Shown here one piece after another: positions 24,362-36,184 of a DNA stretch of 64,000 nt. The translations under genes were made by a program, and so were the position numbers. This DNA comes from Hemiscyllium ocellatum (taxonomy: Eukaryota), in NCBI RefSeq assembly GCF_020745735.1, contig NW_026869299.1, positions 62,001 through 126,000 of the forward strand, read 5' to 3'. The notes under the pieces are model-generated. The model ran no database searches and was not told the origin of the DNA. It saw only the letters and a list, made by a program, of their open reading frames with translations. The stretch's first letter is position 1. Each line of letters opens with the position of its first letter.

Positions 24362-26850
24362 CTCTGTTGGGAGTTTTCTCTAGGCCTCCGAATAGTTCCA
24401 TGATGTAGAGGAAAGGATACCAAAGATAATTCTGGATAGCAGCAAGAGTAACAAGATTATTGTTACGGGGGATTTTAACTTTCCAAATATTGACTGGAAA
24501 TACAATAGCTCGAGTACTTTAGATGGGGCAGTTTTTGTCCAATGTATACAGGATGGTTTCCTGACACAGTATGTAGACAAGCCAACAAGGGGTGAGACCA
24601 CATTGGATTTGGTACTGGGTAAGGAACCCAGCCAGGTATTAGATTTGGAGGTAGGTGAGCACTTTGGTGACAGTGACCACAATTCGAGTTATGTTTACTT
24701 TAGTGATGGAAAGGGATAGGTATATGCGGCAGTGTAAGAGTTATTGCTGGAGGACAGGCAATTATGATGCGACTAGGCAAGATTTAGGATGCATAGGATA
24801 GGGAAGGAAACTGCAGGGGTTGGGCACAGTTGAAATGTGAAGCTTTTTCAAGGAACAGCTACTGTGTGTCCTTGATAAGCATGTGCCTGTCAGGCAGGGA
24901 GGAAATTGTCGAGCGATAGAGCTATAGTTTTCTAAAAAGGTTGAATCTCTTGTCAAGAAGAAGAAAAAGGCTTCTATTAGGATGAGACACTTTAGGGCAC
25001 TTTAGATTTACAAGTCAGCCAGAAAAGACCTAAAGAGAAGGCTAAGAACCACCAGTGTCCTCTAAAGCGTTCTCTGGGTATATCAGGAATAAAAGAATGA
25101 CTGGAGAAAGATTAAGGCCAATCAAGAACCGGAGTTGGAAGTTGTGGGTGGAGTTTGAAGAGGTAGGGGAATTGCTAAATGAATATCTTTCATCATTATT
25201 CACACTGGAAAAAGACAATATTGTCGAGGAGAATACTGAGAAACAGGCTACTAGATGGAATTCAGTTCACAAAGAGGAGGTGTGAGCAATTTTGGAAAGT
25301 GTGAAAATAGATAAGTCACCTCAGTCGAATGGGATTTATTCCAGGATTCTCTGGGAAGGCAGAGAGGAGATTGCAGAGCCTTTGGATTTGATCTTTGTGT
25401 TGTCATAGTCTACAGGAATAGTACCAGAAGACTGGAGGACAACTCCCTCTTGTTCAAGAAGGGGAATAGAGTCAACCCCGGTAATTATAGATCAGTGAGC
25501 CTTACTTCAGTTGTGGATAAACTGTCAGAAAAAGTCAGAAGAGAAAGGATTCATAATTACCTAGAGAGGAATAAGTTGATTAGGGGTAGTCAACACGGTT
25601 TTGTGAAGGGGAGGTTGTGCCTCACAAATCTTCTTGAGTGCTTTAGGATGGTGACCAAACAGGTGGATCAGGGTAAGGTGGTTGATGTGGTTTTCAGTAA
25701 GGCGTTTGATACGGATCCTCATGGTATGCTATTGCAGAAAATAGCGAGGCACAGAATCGAGGGAAATTTAATGGTTTGTATCAGAAATTGGCTAGCTGAA
25801 AGACTGAAAATTGACTAGCTGAAAGGTGTTGGTTGATGGGAAAGGTTCATCCTGGAGTTCAATTACCAGTGGTGTAACGCAAGGATCTGTTTTGCCGCCA
25901 CTGCTGTTTGTCACTTTTATAAATGACCTAGATGAAGGTGTAGAAGGATAGGTTAGTAAATTTATGGATGACACTAAGGTCAATGGGGTTGTGGACAGTG
26001 CCAAAGGATGTTGCAGGTTACAGAGGGACATACGTAAGCTGCAGAGCTGGGCTGAGGTGGCATATTGAGCTTAATGCAAAAACGTGAGGTGATTCACTTT
26101 GGAAGGAACAACAGGAAAACAGAGTACTGGGCTAATGGTAAGATTCTTGGTAGTGTAGCTGAGCAGATAGATCTCGGTGTCCATGTACATGGATCCCTGA
26201 AAGTTGGAACCCAGGTTGATAGGGTTGTTAAGTTGGCACTCGTTGTGTTAGCTTTAATTGGTAGAGGGATGGAGTTTCAGAGTCATGAGGTTGTGCTGCA
26301 GCGGTACAAAACTCTAGTGCGGCTGCACTTCGAGTATTACTTACAGTTCTGGTCACCGCATTATAGGAAGGATGTGGAAATTTTGGAAAGGATGCAGAGA
26401 AACTTTGCGAGGATGTTGCTTGTTATGGAGGGAAGGTCTTAAGAGGAAAGGCTGAAGTACTTGAGCTGTTTTCATTAGAGAGAAGGTTGAGAGGTGACTT
26501 AATTGAGACATACAAGATAATCAGAGGGTTAGATAGAGTGTACAGTGAGAGTTTTTCTTCTCAGATAGTGATGGCTGGCACAAGGGGAAATAGCTTTAAA
26601 TTGGGGGTGATAGATATAGGACAGATGTCTGAGATAGTCTCTTTACTCAGAGAGGAGTAGGGGCGTAGAACACACTGCTTGCAATAGGAGTAGACTTGCC
26701 AACCTTTAGGGCATTAGAATGGGCATTGGATAACCGTTTGGATGAAAATGGAATAGTGCAGGATAGATGGACTTCAGATTAGTTCCACAGGTCAGTGCAA
26801 CATCAAGGGCCGAAGGGCCTGTACTGCACCATAATGTTCTATGTTCAATC
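24362..26850 (+). mobile_element. 5'-truncated CR1 (HER1-like) LINE with APE and RT, inactivated
   Basis: GDFNFPNIDWK at ~24465. ORF 25450-25818 has FKKGNRVNPGNYRSVSLTSVV..QHGFVKGRLCLTNLL. ORF 26065-26442 has the RT C-terminus. Ends in ATGTTCTATGTTC tail. Frameshifts and stops. Confidence 0.92.
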
Positions 26851-27005
26851 TAAAGATGTGGAGACATCACTTATTTGCATTCTGAGAGTGGACTTCACAA
26901 TCAGCATGGATGTGGAGAGCATCGTGGAAGACCACCCCAGGTGACCAGCAGGAGGAAGTGCAACCAACTGGAGGAGCTGAGACATTTCTCATTTAGTGGA
27001 ATGTA

Positions 27006-27220
27006 CAGTGTCACACCAAATAAACAAACAAAACATTGGACTTGGATTCTGCCAAAAAACGGAAGCAAAATCCACTCTTGTGTGCAAATACTAATAGGTA
27101 GATATATTTGAGAAACTGCCTCATTTATGTAACTATTAGTATTGTATATATAAGAGAAGTCTTTGGGTATTTGGACAGGTCAAAGTCCAATGTTTTGTTT
27201 GCTTATTTGATATGCAACTG
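27006..27220. mobile_element. Tc1/mariner-pogo-type MITE (215 bp)
   Basis: Imperfect TIRs beginning CAGT and ending ACTG (35/41 match, core AAATAA(A/G)CAAACAAAACATTGGACTT); TA at 27004-27005 and 27221-27222. Confidence 0.75.
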
Positions 27221-27429
27221 TATAGAACTGAACCGCACTTGTGCCAATGTATTTATAAAGACATAATGAGATTTCTTATGAATAAATTTATTTTTGAAAT
27301 TAAAAAAACTATTTTGGGAGTGGACTTTGCAGAGCATCGTGGACCAACCTGGTGTTAAGGAATGGTCAGCCCCCTTCCTCCTCTAACTAAAAAACAAAAG
27401 AGCAAGGTTCAGAAGAGAGGAGAGAGAGA

Positions 27430-28195
27430 GAGAACATCAGGAGAGTATTGATGGGACCGCATCAAGCCATCAACAATTGCAGACTGTTGGTACAATAGCT
27501 TGTGTATTGGGAGCTGTGCCAGTGAAGTGGACACCCGCTCAGAACAAAGCATAACCACTGAAATCACTGAAAACTGCAGACACCTGGGTTTAGGAGACTT
27601 TGCAGAGACAGAGATTGATGCTTGGGTGAACTCTGACAATGAAATTGAAACAGAGACATTCTCCGATGATCAAATAGTCAACGTAGTCACAGAGGAACAG
27701 CAGGACTGTATGAATGGTGTGGATAGTAAGGAAATTCTCATACCGGCACCACCTCCAGTTAATGAAGCTATTGACAGTTTGCGACTTTTCATGGAGTGGT
27801 ACGAAACACAAGATGAAGTTGATGCTGTTAAATTGATGCATCTTCGTCACATGTTATTGTTTGGAAACAAAAAAGAGACAGCACTTCCTCAAACAACAGC
27901 GGTTGGATAATTTCTTCGGAAATAATAAATAACCTCCACCTCATTGATTTATTTTAATTGTACAAGTACATAAAAAGTGATCTGGGTTGTAAAATGTCAT
28001 GAATTTTTAAGCAATATGCAGTGTTTGTGAAGATTTTAGCGATCAAATGAAATAAACACACTGTTAGCATGCTTTTTAATGCAATTATGGGCAATGCAGC
28101 TTCAATTGTTTAACGTCAAATCAATTTACCGAATGACCAATTACCTGAATGAAAACCTGCTCGCCCAAGGACTTTGGATAATCGAGGTTCCACTG
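27430..28195 (+). mobile_element. Tigger/pogo DNA transposon 3' remnant
   Basis: ORF 27500-27910 resembles the acidic Tigger transposase C-terminus (EIDAWVNSD..FSDDQIV..EAIDSL). Right TIR GGATAATCGAGGTTCCACTG at 28176-28195 followed by TA. No left TIR seen. Confidence 0.7.
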
Positions 28196-28734
28196 TAGAG
28201 GGATATGGATCCTGTGAGGACAGTTTTAGTATAGAAGGATGAAATGAGTTGGCGCAGACTTGGAGAGCTGAAGGGCCTTGTGGCCAGGCAGGCCACTCAA
28301 AATGGTGGACTGATGAGAAATGGACAATAAGTGAGGCATGCTGGGAAATTGAGACAAGCTTTAACCAAAAGTGCAGAGACCAGGCAGACTGCAGCTACAG
28401 ACAGACAGTATACAATTGACTCAGCAGCTGTAGACAATACAATATACACTTGAATTTCAATTGAGTTGAATTTACCTGAATACCATCCCCAGGAGAACTG
28501 GAAAAATTAAGCTGTTTACCATGCACAGGGGTGCCTTAGCCCTTACTTAGAGATGGCTTCCTGATCAATGTATTGGTGGATGCTGAAGTCTTTATACCCT
28601 TTTGGGAGAATCCTCAAAGTGGAAGGATCATTGCAAGACCATCCTCAGGAGCAGTAACCTGAGACCAACCACGTGAAGACACGCCTGAAACCAGCAGGAG
28701 AAGATGACTAGATGATCATCATCCTGTAGATTAT

Positions 28735-29520
28735 AGAACATAGAACATAGAACAGTACAGCGCAGAACAGGCTTTTCGGCCCTCGATGTTGCGCCGACCT
28801 GTGAACTATTCTCAGCTTGTTCCACTACCCCAAAATCATCCATGTGCTGATCGAAGGATTGTTTAAATCCCTAATGTGGCTGAGTTGACTACATTAGCAG
28901 GTAGGGCATTCTACACCCTGTTAGGACGGTTCTACCGTCCCCGTGTTCGTTTCGGAGGAATGAGACACCGTGTCAGATTTTAAGAAACAGACTGCTTTAT
29001 TCGAGAGAGAATCGAGTTACAGCAAGGTATCAGGCTTGCTGGAGAGGGCGTTCTGACCCTTTGTTCTAAGTTGTTTATTCTTATACCCCCCTTATTCCTG
29101 CACCGTTCCCTTATTTGGTAATGGTCGGTTCTATAGTTTGTCATTGGCCCCAGTCTCTTATCAGTGTTCGAACATGCCTTATTCGGCTATCAGTTAGCTC
29201 AACTTGCTATGTACCAGATGGCCCCCTTTGTTCTGTTTTTTCAAGTTTTACTGCTCTTTCAGTACTTTTCCACTGGTTCAGTTATCTCCCTCAGACCTCG
29301 TGTCTGTTTCCACCTCTGGGGCCCCCTGGCCACATCAGCCTGAGAGCTATTTCTATCTAACCTTTTAGTGTTACATCCATCTTACATTTGCCCGAGTGTT
29401 AATCCTACCTCACAACCCTTACCACTCTCTGCGTAAAGAACCTGCCTCTGACATTTGTTTTAAATCTATCACCCTCAATTTGTAGTTATGCCCCCTTGTA
29501 CACGCTGACGTCATCATCCT
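28735..29520 (-). mobile_element. CR1/HER1-like 3' end interrupted by a solo LTR
   Basis: Reversed tail ATAGAACATAGAACATAGAACAGTACAGC; the CR1 text GGGCATTCTACACCC|TTACCACTCTCTG resumes at 29419. Confidence 0.8.
28919..29414 (-). mobile_element. Solo LTR (496 bp) with 4-bp TSD
   Basis: TG...CA ends; ACCC at 28915-28918 and 29415-29418. On the minus strand a TATAA box (29081-29085) precedes AATAAA (28996-29001). CpG-rich. Confidence 0.85.
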
Positions 29521-29764
29521 AAGGTTATTAGAGTTAAGCTAAAGCTCAAGACAGTTCATTAGATTTATAGTGTAAATTGTTAGTTTGCATTTTGTTAATA
29601 TCGTATTAATTGTGTTAAATGAATAAATATTAGAGTTTATTACTATGAAGAGTTTCTTTCCCAGACATGAGTTAAAGCACACTGTGCAGCAGGCACAACA
29701 GCAGAATTCAAGGAGAGAAAAGAGTTGGCATTCAAGTCTTGTAAGTCTCCTTCAGACACTTCTG

Positions 29765-30150
29765 AAGAAGGAATATAGGATCAGGATTGGCCATTCAGCC
29801 CCACAAGCTATTCTGCCTTGCAGTTATGTTATGGCCTATCTACACCTAAGTGCCAAAGCTGCCTTTGGTCAACATCCCTTCATAACAAAAAGTTACCTAT
29901 CACAGATTGAAAATCAACTAATCTAACATTCACTGCCATTTGAGAAAAAAGCTCTAAATATCTCCCACCTTGTATGTAGAAGTGCTTTTGAACATCTCTC
30001 CTGAGTGGTCAGGCCCTAATTCTCAGACTATGTACCCTAATTCTAGAATCCCCAATCAGTAGAAATAGCTTATCTTAATTTACTGTGTCTCTTCCTGGTA
30101 ATATCACAAAGACCTTAATCAGATCATCCTTTAACCTTCTAAATTCTCAA
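29765..30150 (-). mobile_element. CR1 3'-end fragment
   Basis: Reversed tail GAAGGAATATAGGATCAGGATTGGCCATTCAGCCCC and CR1 3' body. Confidence 0.6.
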
Positions 30151-30199
30151 GAAAATTCTCAAGTAATAATCCGCTCAATGAAGCCCAGTTTGGGTTTCA

Positions 30200-31715
30200 C
30201 TAGGGCCACATAGGTCCCTGACCTCATTACAACCTTGGTTCAAACATGGAGGTGAAGCCAAAGTGATAGCCCTTGACATCAAGACCATGTTCAATTGTGT
30301 GTGGCATCAAGGAGCTGTAGGAAAACTGGAATACGAGGGGTGGGTGGCAAATTCTCTGCTGGGTAAAGTCATACCAGGCACACAGGATACACTGCAACAA
30401 CATGAACTGCACAAATTCACCAAAGATCCTTAGTCTGCACTTATAATCGAGGGAACATCATTAATGGTGCAGCTGAAGATGGTTGGGCTTCAGACACTAC
30501 ACTGAGGAACTCCTGAAGACACGTCCTGGAGCTGAGGTGACTGGCCTCCAACAATCACAATCAAATTCATATGGCCTAACATGATTCATCATGTAAAACC
30601 ACTTCCATCCAGAATGACAAGGGCAGCAGATTCATGGGAACACCAACACCAGCAAGTTCCCCTCCAAACGACTCGCCATCCAGGATTGGAAAAATATTAC
30701 TATTTGTTCAGTCACTGGATCAAAACCCTGGAATTTCTTCCCTAAGTGCATTGTGGATTCACCAACAGCTTATGGACCTTTTATTCATTTGTAGTATGTG
30801 GGCATCACTGGCTGGCCAGCATTTTATGCCTGTCCCTAGTTGTCGTTGAGGAGGTGGTGGTGAGTTGCCTTCTTAAACCGCTGCAGTTCACCTGTTGTAG
30901 GTTGACTTACACTGACATGAGGAAGGGAATTCCATGATTTTAACCCAATGACAATGAAGAAAAGGCAATGTATTTCCAAGTCAGACTGTTAAGTGGACGT
31001 TAAGAAGGGAACTTGAAGGTGATGGTGCTGCTCTTCTTGTTGACAGTACACACTACTGCTATTGAGCATAAGTGGCAGAGGGAGTGGATGTAAAGCCAAT
31101 GAAGCAGGCTGTTCTGTCCTGGATGGTGTCAAGCTTTTTCAGCATTGTGTGAGCTGCACTCATCCAGGCAAGTTGCCCTCCAACCGACTCTGGACTTGTG
31201 CCATATTGATAATGATCAGGCTTTAGGAGTCACAACCTGAGTTACTTGCCACACTATTCCTAATCTCTGATCTGCTCCTTTAGCCACTGTGTTTATGTGA
31301 CAAGTCCAGTTGAGTTCCTGGTCAATGGTAACGCCGAGGATGTTGATAGTTGGGAATTTGGTGATGATAATACAATTGAATACAAGGGGATGATGGTCAG
31401 ATTGTCTTTATTGGTAATGGTTATAGCCCTGCATTTGTTTAGTGTAAATATTACTTGTCACTTGTCAGCCTGATTCTGGAAATTGTCCAGATCTTGTTGC
31501 ATTTGAACGTGGACTATTCAGTACCTGAGGAGTCACCAATTCCATACACTCTACAATCATCAGTGAACATCCCCACTTCTGACCTTATGATGGATGAACC
31601 AGCAACATCAACTGCAGCAATTCAAGAAGGCATACTACCACCGTCTTCACAAAGGCATCTCGGGTGGGATAATAAGTGCTCACCAGTCGACAAAGCTCAC
31701 ATCCCATGAGTGAAT
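30200..31715 (+). mobile_element. L2/CR1-group LINE 3' part with an antiparallel copy of the same family nested at ~30781-31590
   Basis: ALDIKTMFNCVWHQG (RT LDI..AFD.VWH motif) at ~30270. The + copy breaks at ~30778 and resumes at ~31608 (ACTGCAGCAATTCAAGAAGG..CCCATGAGTGAATAAA). The insert begins with the reverse complement of that same tail. Confidence 0.65.
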
Positions 31716-31719
31716 AAAC

Positions 31720-33830
31720 TACAAGTCTCATTCTTGTAAACATATTTTGTACTCACTACAAGCCAATGTATCCTTCCTAAGACCTGATGCCCAAATCTGT
31801 TCTCAGTACTCCAGGTAAGGTCCAAACAGTTTTGAATACTCAACAGCGTAACTTCTGCATCCTTGTACTGTCTTCCTCTCGTTATAAAAGCTGGCATTTG
31901 TTTGATTATAATTTTTTTCTGCATCTATTCATGGCATTTTAAAGATCTATTCACCTAAAACCAAAGTCTCTTTGGACTTCCACTATACTTAACTTCATAC
32001 CATCTTGAAAAACATCATGATCTATCCTCCTTCAGTCCAAAATTGATACCTCACACTCACACTGAACTCTCTCTATCACAGTTTTGCCCATCCACCTAGT
32101 CTATGAATATCCCCTTGTAATTTTATGCCATCATGTACACCAGTGTTTCTCAACGGGGGTGGAAGTGCCTCCTGAGGGGCGTTTGCCTTCCTTCGGTCGG
32201 CGTTGAAGTCAAAGGGGACGGCAAGGGGTCACTAAACGACTTTGTAGAGAGCTTACCAATCACTTGGAAGACTGCCATGTCCTTGAAGGACATTGCTGTG
32301 TGCAGATGGACAGTCGCATAACACGAGTCTGTTATTTTCCCTGCACCCATGGAGGAGTGCGCTCTGACTGGTTCCTGAGCTATTAGTGATAGTCTTTTCC
32401 GTGAATAGCAAACCATTTGAACTCGTTCGCAGTTGGCACTGATTCTACTGTTGAGATCAATATCACCTAACTCGTGTCGCTTCCAAGATGGCATTCTGCT
32501 CGGGTGGCAGAATGAATGCACATTACAGCTAATTAGCCAATCAAATATTGCCACTTGTCTGAGCGTCTTAAAATAATTGTGATAAGGTAATACCCATGAT
32601 TCCATTAGGGTATTCGAGCGACAGTGTAAAAATGGCCTCATTGAGTAAGAAAATGTGGAGTATAGCATGCAGTATAGTATGGACTATTTGTGATATGGAT
32701 TTATTCAATCTCTATCTAATAAGCAATTACCACTGTGCTTGCTCTGTCTGTGAACAAAGTTTTTCCAACGAGGCCATGAAGCCTTCCTATTTTATTAAAC
32801 ATTTGGAAAAGAAACAGTGACAAAAAGGACGAAGATTTGGCATATTTTCAAGCATTAAGAATAAATTCAATCAATCAGCAACCAACGATTTCCATTGCTT
32901 TTTCAAAGATAGGAGCCACAAATGTGGATGGCCTTGTGGCATCATACAACATAGCGAAGCTAATTGCAAAATGTGGTAAACCTCATTCCGTGGGTGAATT
33001 GTTGGTGCTTCCAACTATTGCCAAAATATTATCAACTGTGCTACATCAGGAACTATCAATGACTATCAAGCATATTCTTCTTGCACCTTCCGTGAGAAGG
33101 TGCATCGATGAAATGGCCTCAAATCTTGAGGATAAATTATGTTCCCTCTTGATATCGAAAGAAACTGATTGATGAAAGTACTATATGTGAATTCAAGCTT
33201 TACTTTTGGGAGGCATTGCATGATTTCAAGGATAAGAAGGGGGCTTTGAATAGGGAAAGGTTGAGAGACACTGATGTACATGTCTATAATGCCATCTAAT
33301 ATGCATTGAAGCTGTCACCTAGATAGGAGACAAAAATGTCTGCAAATCAACTTCCCAGCTCAGCGATCATACCCACAACCATGGCAACAGGCACCTGAGC
33401 TACACATCTTTACACAAACCTTGAATACCTAACATTGTGTCATCAGCAAATTTGGATATATGGCCATTGTGTCATTGTCCGATTAATCAATAAATAATGT
33501 GAATAACTGAAGCCAAACACAGATCCCAACAGGACACCACCGGTCACATCCTGCCAAATCTGAGTTCCTATCCATTATCCATCCATGTCAGTAACTTGCC
33601 TTCAATTTCATAGGTTTCTGACTAAGACTATTATGTGGGATTCATCAAATGCCTCCTGGTAGTCCATGTAAGCACTGCCTCTGTTGACATTGCCATGTCC
33701 GACCTCAGTCATCTCGTCAAACAATTCAGAAGTTTGTCAGGCATGACCTACGTGTCATGACGCTCATTGATTAACTTAAAAATGTACAAGATATTCAGTG
33801 ACCCCATCCCTGATGATAAACTCCAACACT
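31720..33830 (-). mobile_element. Decayed CR1 RT fragment interrupted by the hAT element
   Basis: Reversed CR1 RT text (CATCAGCAAATTT = reversed KFADD; CACAGATCCCAACAGGACACC = reversed GVPQGSV-like) on both sides of 32141-33273. Confidence 0.6.
32141..33273 (+). mobile_element. Internally deleted Buster/Charlie-type hAT transposon with both TIRs and 8-bp TSD
   Basis: TIRs CAGTGTTTCTCAACG and GGTTGAGAGACACTG (13/15). TSD ATGTACAC (32133-32140) and ATGTACAT (33274-33281), fitting nnnTAnnn. Transposase remnants CSVCEQSFSNEAMKPS..HL and ASYNIAKLIAKCGKPHSVGE..RRCIDEMA, then DEST. Confidence 0.88.
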
Positions 33831-33914
33831 TAGACTAACTGCTCAGTGTGTCCCTGGTTTTCCTCGGAGTGGTGTTATTTTCCGATCGAGAATACTCTGC
33901 AATGATTATAATGA

Positions 33915-34211
33915 GGGAATTTCCTTTAACACACTCGGATGGTAACGAGCAAATCCCGGGGATCTCCACTCTTTAAATCCATTACCTCCCTTATTACCAG
34001 AATTCTCCTGATAACTGACCGACTTAATCCTAAACCCAGCGCCACTCAACAACCGCTGCCACTGCCGGCTCTCGGCAAGGAACAGCAGGCGGGGGAAGGC
34101 ATTTACTGCGCATGTTCCCTCCCAGGCCACCAACTACTGCGCATGCTCTGGCCAAGAGCGGGAAGGTTAAACGGTTCAACGGAAAGTTCTGGAACGTGGT
34201 GAGTGACGTCA
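33915..34211 (+). promoter_or_regulatory. CpG-rich promoter-like island with putative first-exon donor
   Basis: 16 CpG in 34020-34242. GGGAATTTCC 33915-33924, GGGGATCTCC 33958-33967, ACTGCGCATG 34105-34114 and 34136-34145, GCGGGAAG 34158-34165, GTGAGT 34199-34204, TGACGTCA 34204-34211. Confidence 0.55.
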
Positions 34212-34759
34212 TCAGGGCTGGGTGTGGTCGCGAGGGAAACGTGTCTGCTCCAGTCAGTGAGATGTCAGGGTGAGCTCCTGAGGAGGGGGCAAGGGGGAGG
34301 CTGGTTTCCACTCCAACCAGCACAATATTGTGTAGTCGGTGGGGTGTGAGGGAGAGAAGGTCAGGGTCAGTGTGGGCTCTGAGGAAGATGTTGAGTTGGG
34401 TTCAGATCAGATGAGGGTTGTGGAGGAGTCTGGATGGGGTGGGGGGTGTGAGTTGGAATGGGGGAGTGGGATGGGAATGTTGCTCTGGAGCCCAGAGAAA
34501 AAGTGGATTTCGCGATTACCAAACAGTTGGAGTATGTTTTTCAACTCGGAACTTTTTGTTGTGTAATTATTAAGCTTGAGTAAGTTAGAATCCTCTGAAA
34601 GTTAAAGTTTCCAGTTGCACAGAGATTACCCTGACAGAATTTTCAATTTTTCAGGAAATTCCCTTGGCTTCAGCCACATCTCCAAAAATTCCATAGACCC
34701 CACAGTGCAATTACAATTTATACTGCTTCAGTGACTAGCGAGAGACTTTAAAACAAACC

Positions 34760-36165
34760 CTGTAGATGTTGGAATCTGAAGTAGACAAACAGGAGACTGG
34801 AAGAACACAGCAAACCAGGCAGCTTCGGGAGGTGGAGGAGTCAATGTTTCAGGTATAACCCTTCTTCAGGACCTGGGTGGGGGTAAGGGGTGCTACAGAT
34901 AGAGAGGGAGGTAGTTGGGGTCCTAGCTCCCATCCTTGCGGTGTCTTCACCATTCCTCCAGACCTTCCCCTCACTAGGGAGGAATGTGTTATCCTCAGTA
35001 AAGGCCTCACCTTTATCCCTCTACGGTCCCAGTTTAATGAGTTTGGCACAAGCTGCAATCTTGACTGTTTCTTCCTCTGCCTCTGTATTGACTTTTTTTT
35101 TAACCAAGACACCTGCACATCCACGGGGGACCCCCTTGTCCCGCCTTCAACACACCACATCCATGGACACCCCATGCTGGCCTGTTACCTGTGCTTGACC
35201 TCTTCATTTCAAACTGCTACCATGACATTGACTGCCTCAACTTGTCCAACCACCTCACTCACTCCAACCTCTTTCCCTCTCAACATGCAGTCCTCCACTC
35301 CAACCCCAACCTCACCATCAAACGTGCGGGTGGGAGGGTGGTGGGGTTCGTGGTAGTCGTGTGGTGCACTGACCTCTACACTACTGAAGCCAGGCACCAA
35401 CTTGCAGACTCCGCCTCCGACCGCCCCCTTGCTCACGACCTCACTTTCCATCACCAAGCCATTATCCCCCGGACCATCCACAATCTCATCATCTCTGGGG
35501 ATCACGCATCCACAGACTCTAACCTCATTGTCCATGAACCCTGCACTGCCTGATTCCACCTCCTTCCTAAGACACTCAAACCTGACTGCCCTGGTCGACC
35601 CATTGTCTCAACCTGCGCTTGTCCCACTGAACTAATGGACCTCAAAATGGACCCCACCACCAGAAATATATTTCCCGCCCCAGCCCTATCAGCTTTCCAA
35701 AAAGACCATTCCTTCTGTGACTCCCTCGTCAGGTCCACGTCCCCTACCAGCCTACACCCCACTACTGGCACTGTTTCTTGCCACCACAGGAAGTGCAAAA
35801 CCTATGGCCGCACCACTCCCCTCACCTCCATCCAAGGCCCCGAGGGATTCTTCCACATCTGTCAAAAATTTAACTATACCTCTACCAGCAACGTCTACTG
35901 CATCCGTTGCACCCGATGTGGTCTCCTCTACATCAGGGAGACAGGATGTTTTCTTGCGGATCGTTTCAGAGAACATCTCTGGGACACCTGCATGCACCAA
36001 CCTCATCATCCCGTGGCTGTACACTTCAACTCCCTCTCCCACTCCATCAAGGGCATGCAGGTCCTGGGCCTTCTCCACTGCCAAACCATTACCAGCCGAA
36101 ACCTGGTGGAGAAACGCCTCATATTCTGCCTTGGGACCCTGCAACCATATGGGATAAATGTGAAA
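34760..36165 (+). mobile_element. Penelope-like element with RT core deleted; GIY-YIG endonuclease region still open
   Basis: Terminal repeat with decayed minus-strand hammerhead (34838-34872). LSKGLTFIP N-terminal motif; PGRPIVS..CPTEL joined directly to LKMDPTTRNIF. ORF 35635-36234 has VYCIRCTRCGLLYIRETG..RFREH. Confidence 0.85.
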
Positions 36166-36184
36166 GGGGATTTGGGGCATGGGT

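Noticed and set aside
14650-26880. Consensus octamers ATTTGCAT at 14650-14657 and 26873-26880
   Set aside because: Isolated; one lies within and the other beside a CR1 remnant, with no TATA/leader or motif cluster nearby.
28290-29760. Gypsy-LTR-like sequence flanking the CR1/solo-LTR nest
   Set aside because: Composition is suggestive, but termini and TSD could not be defined.
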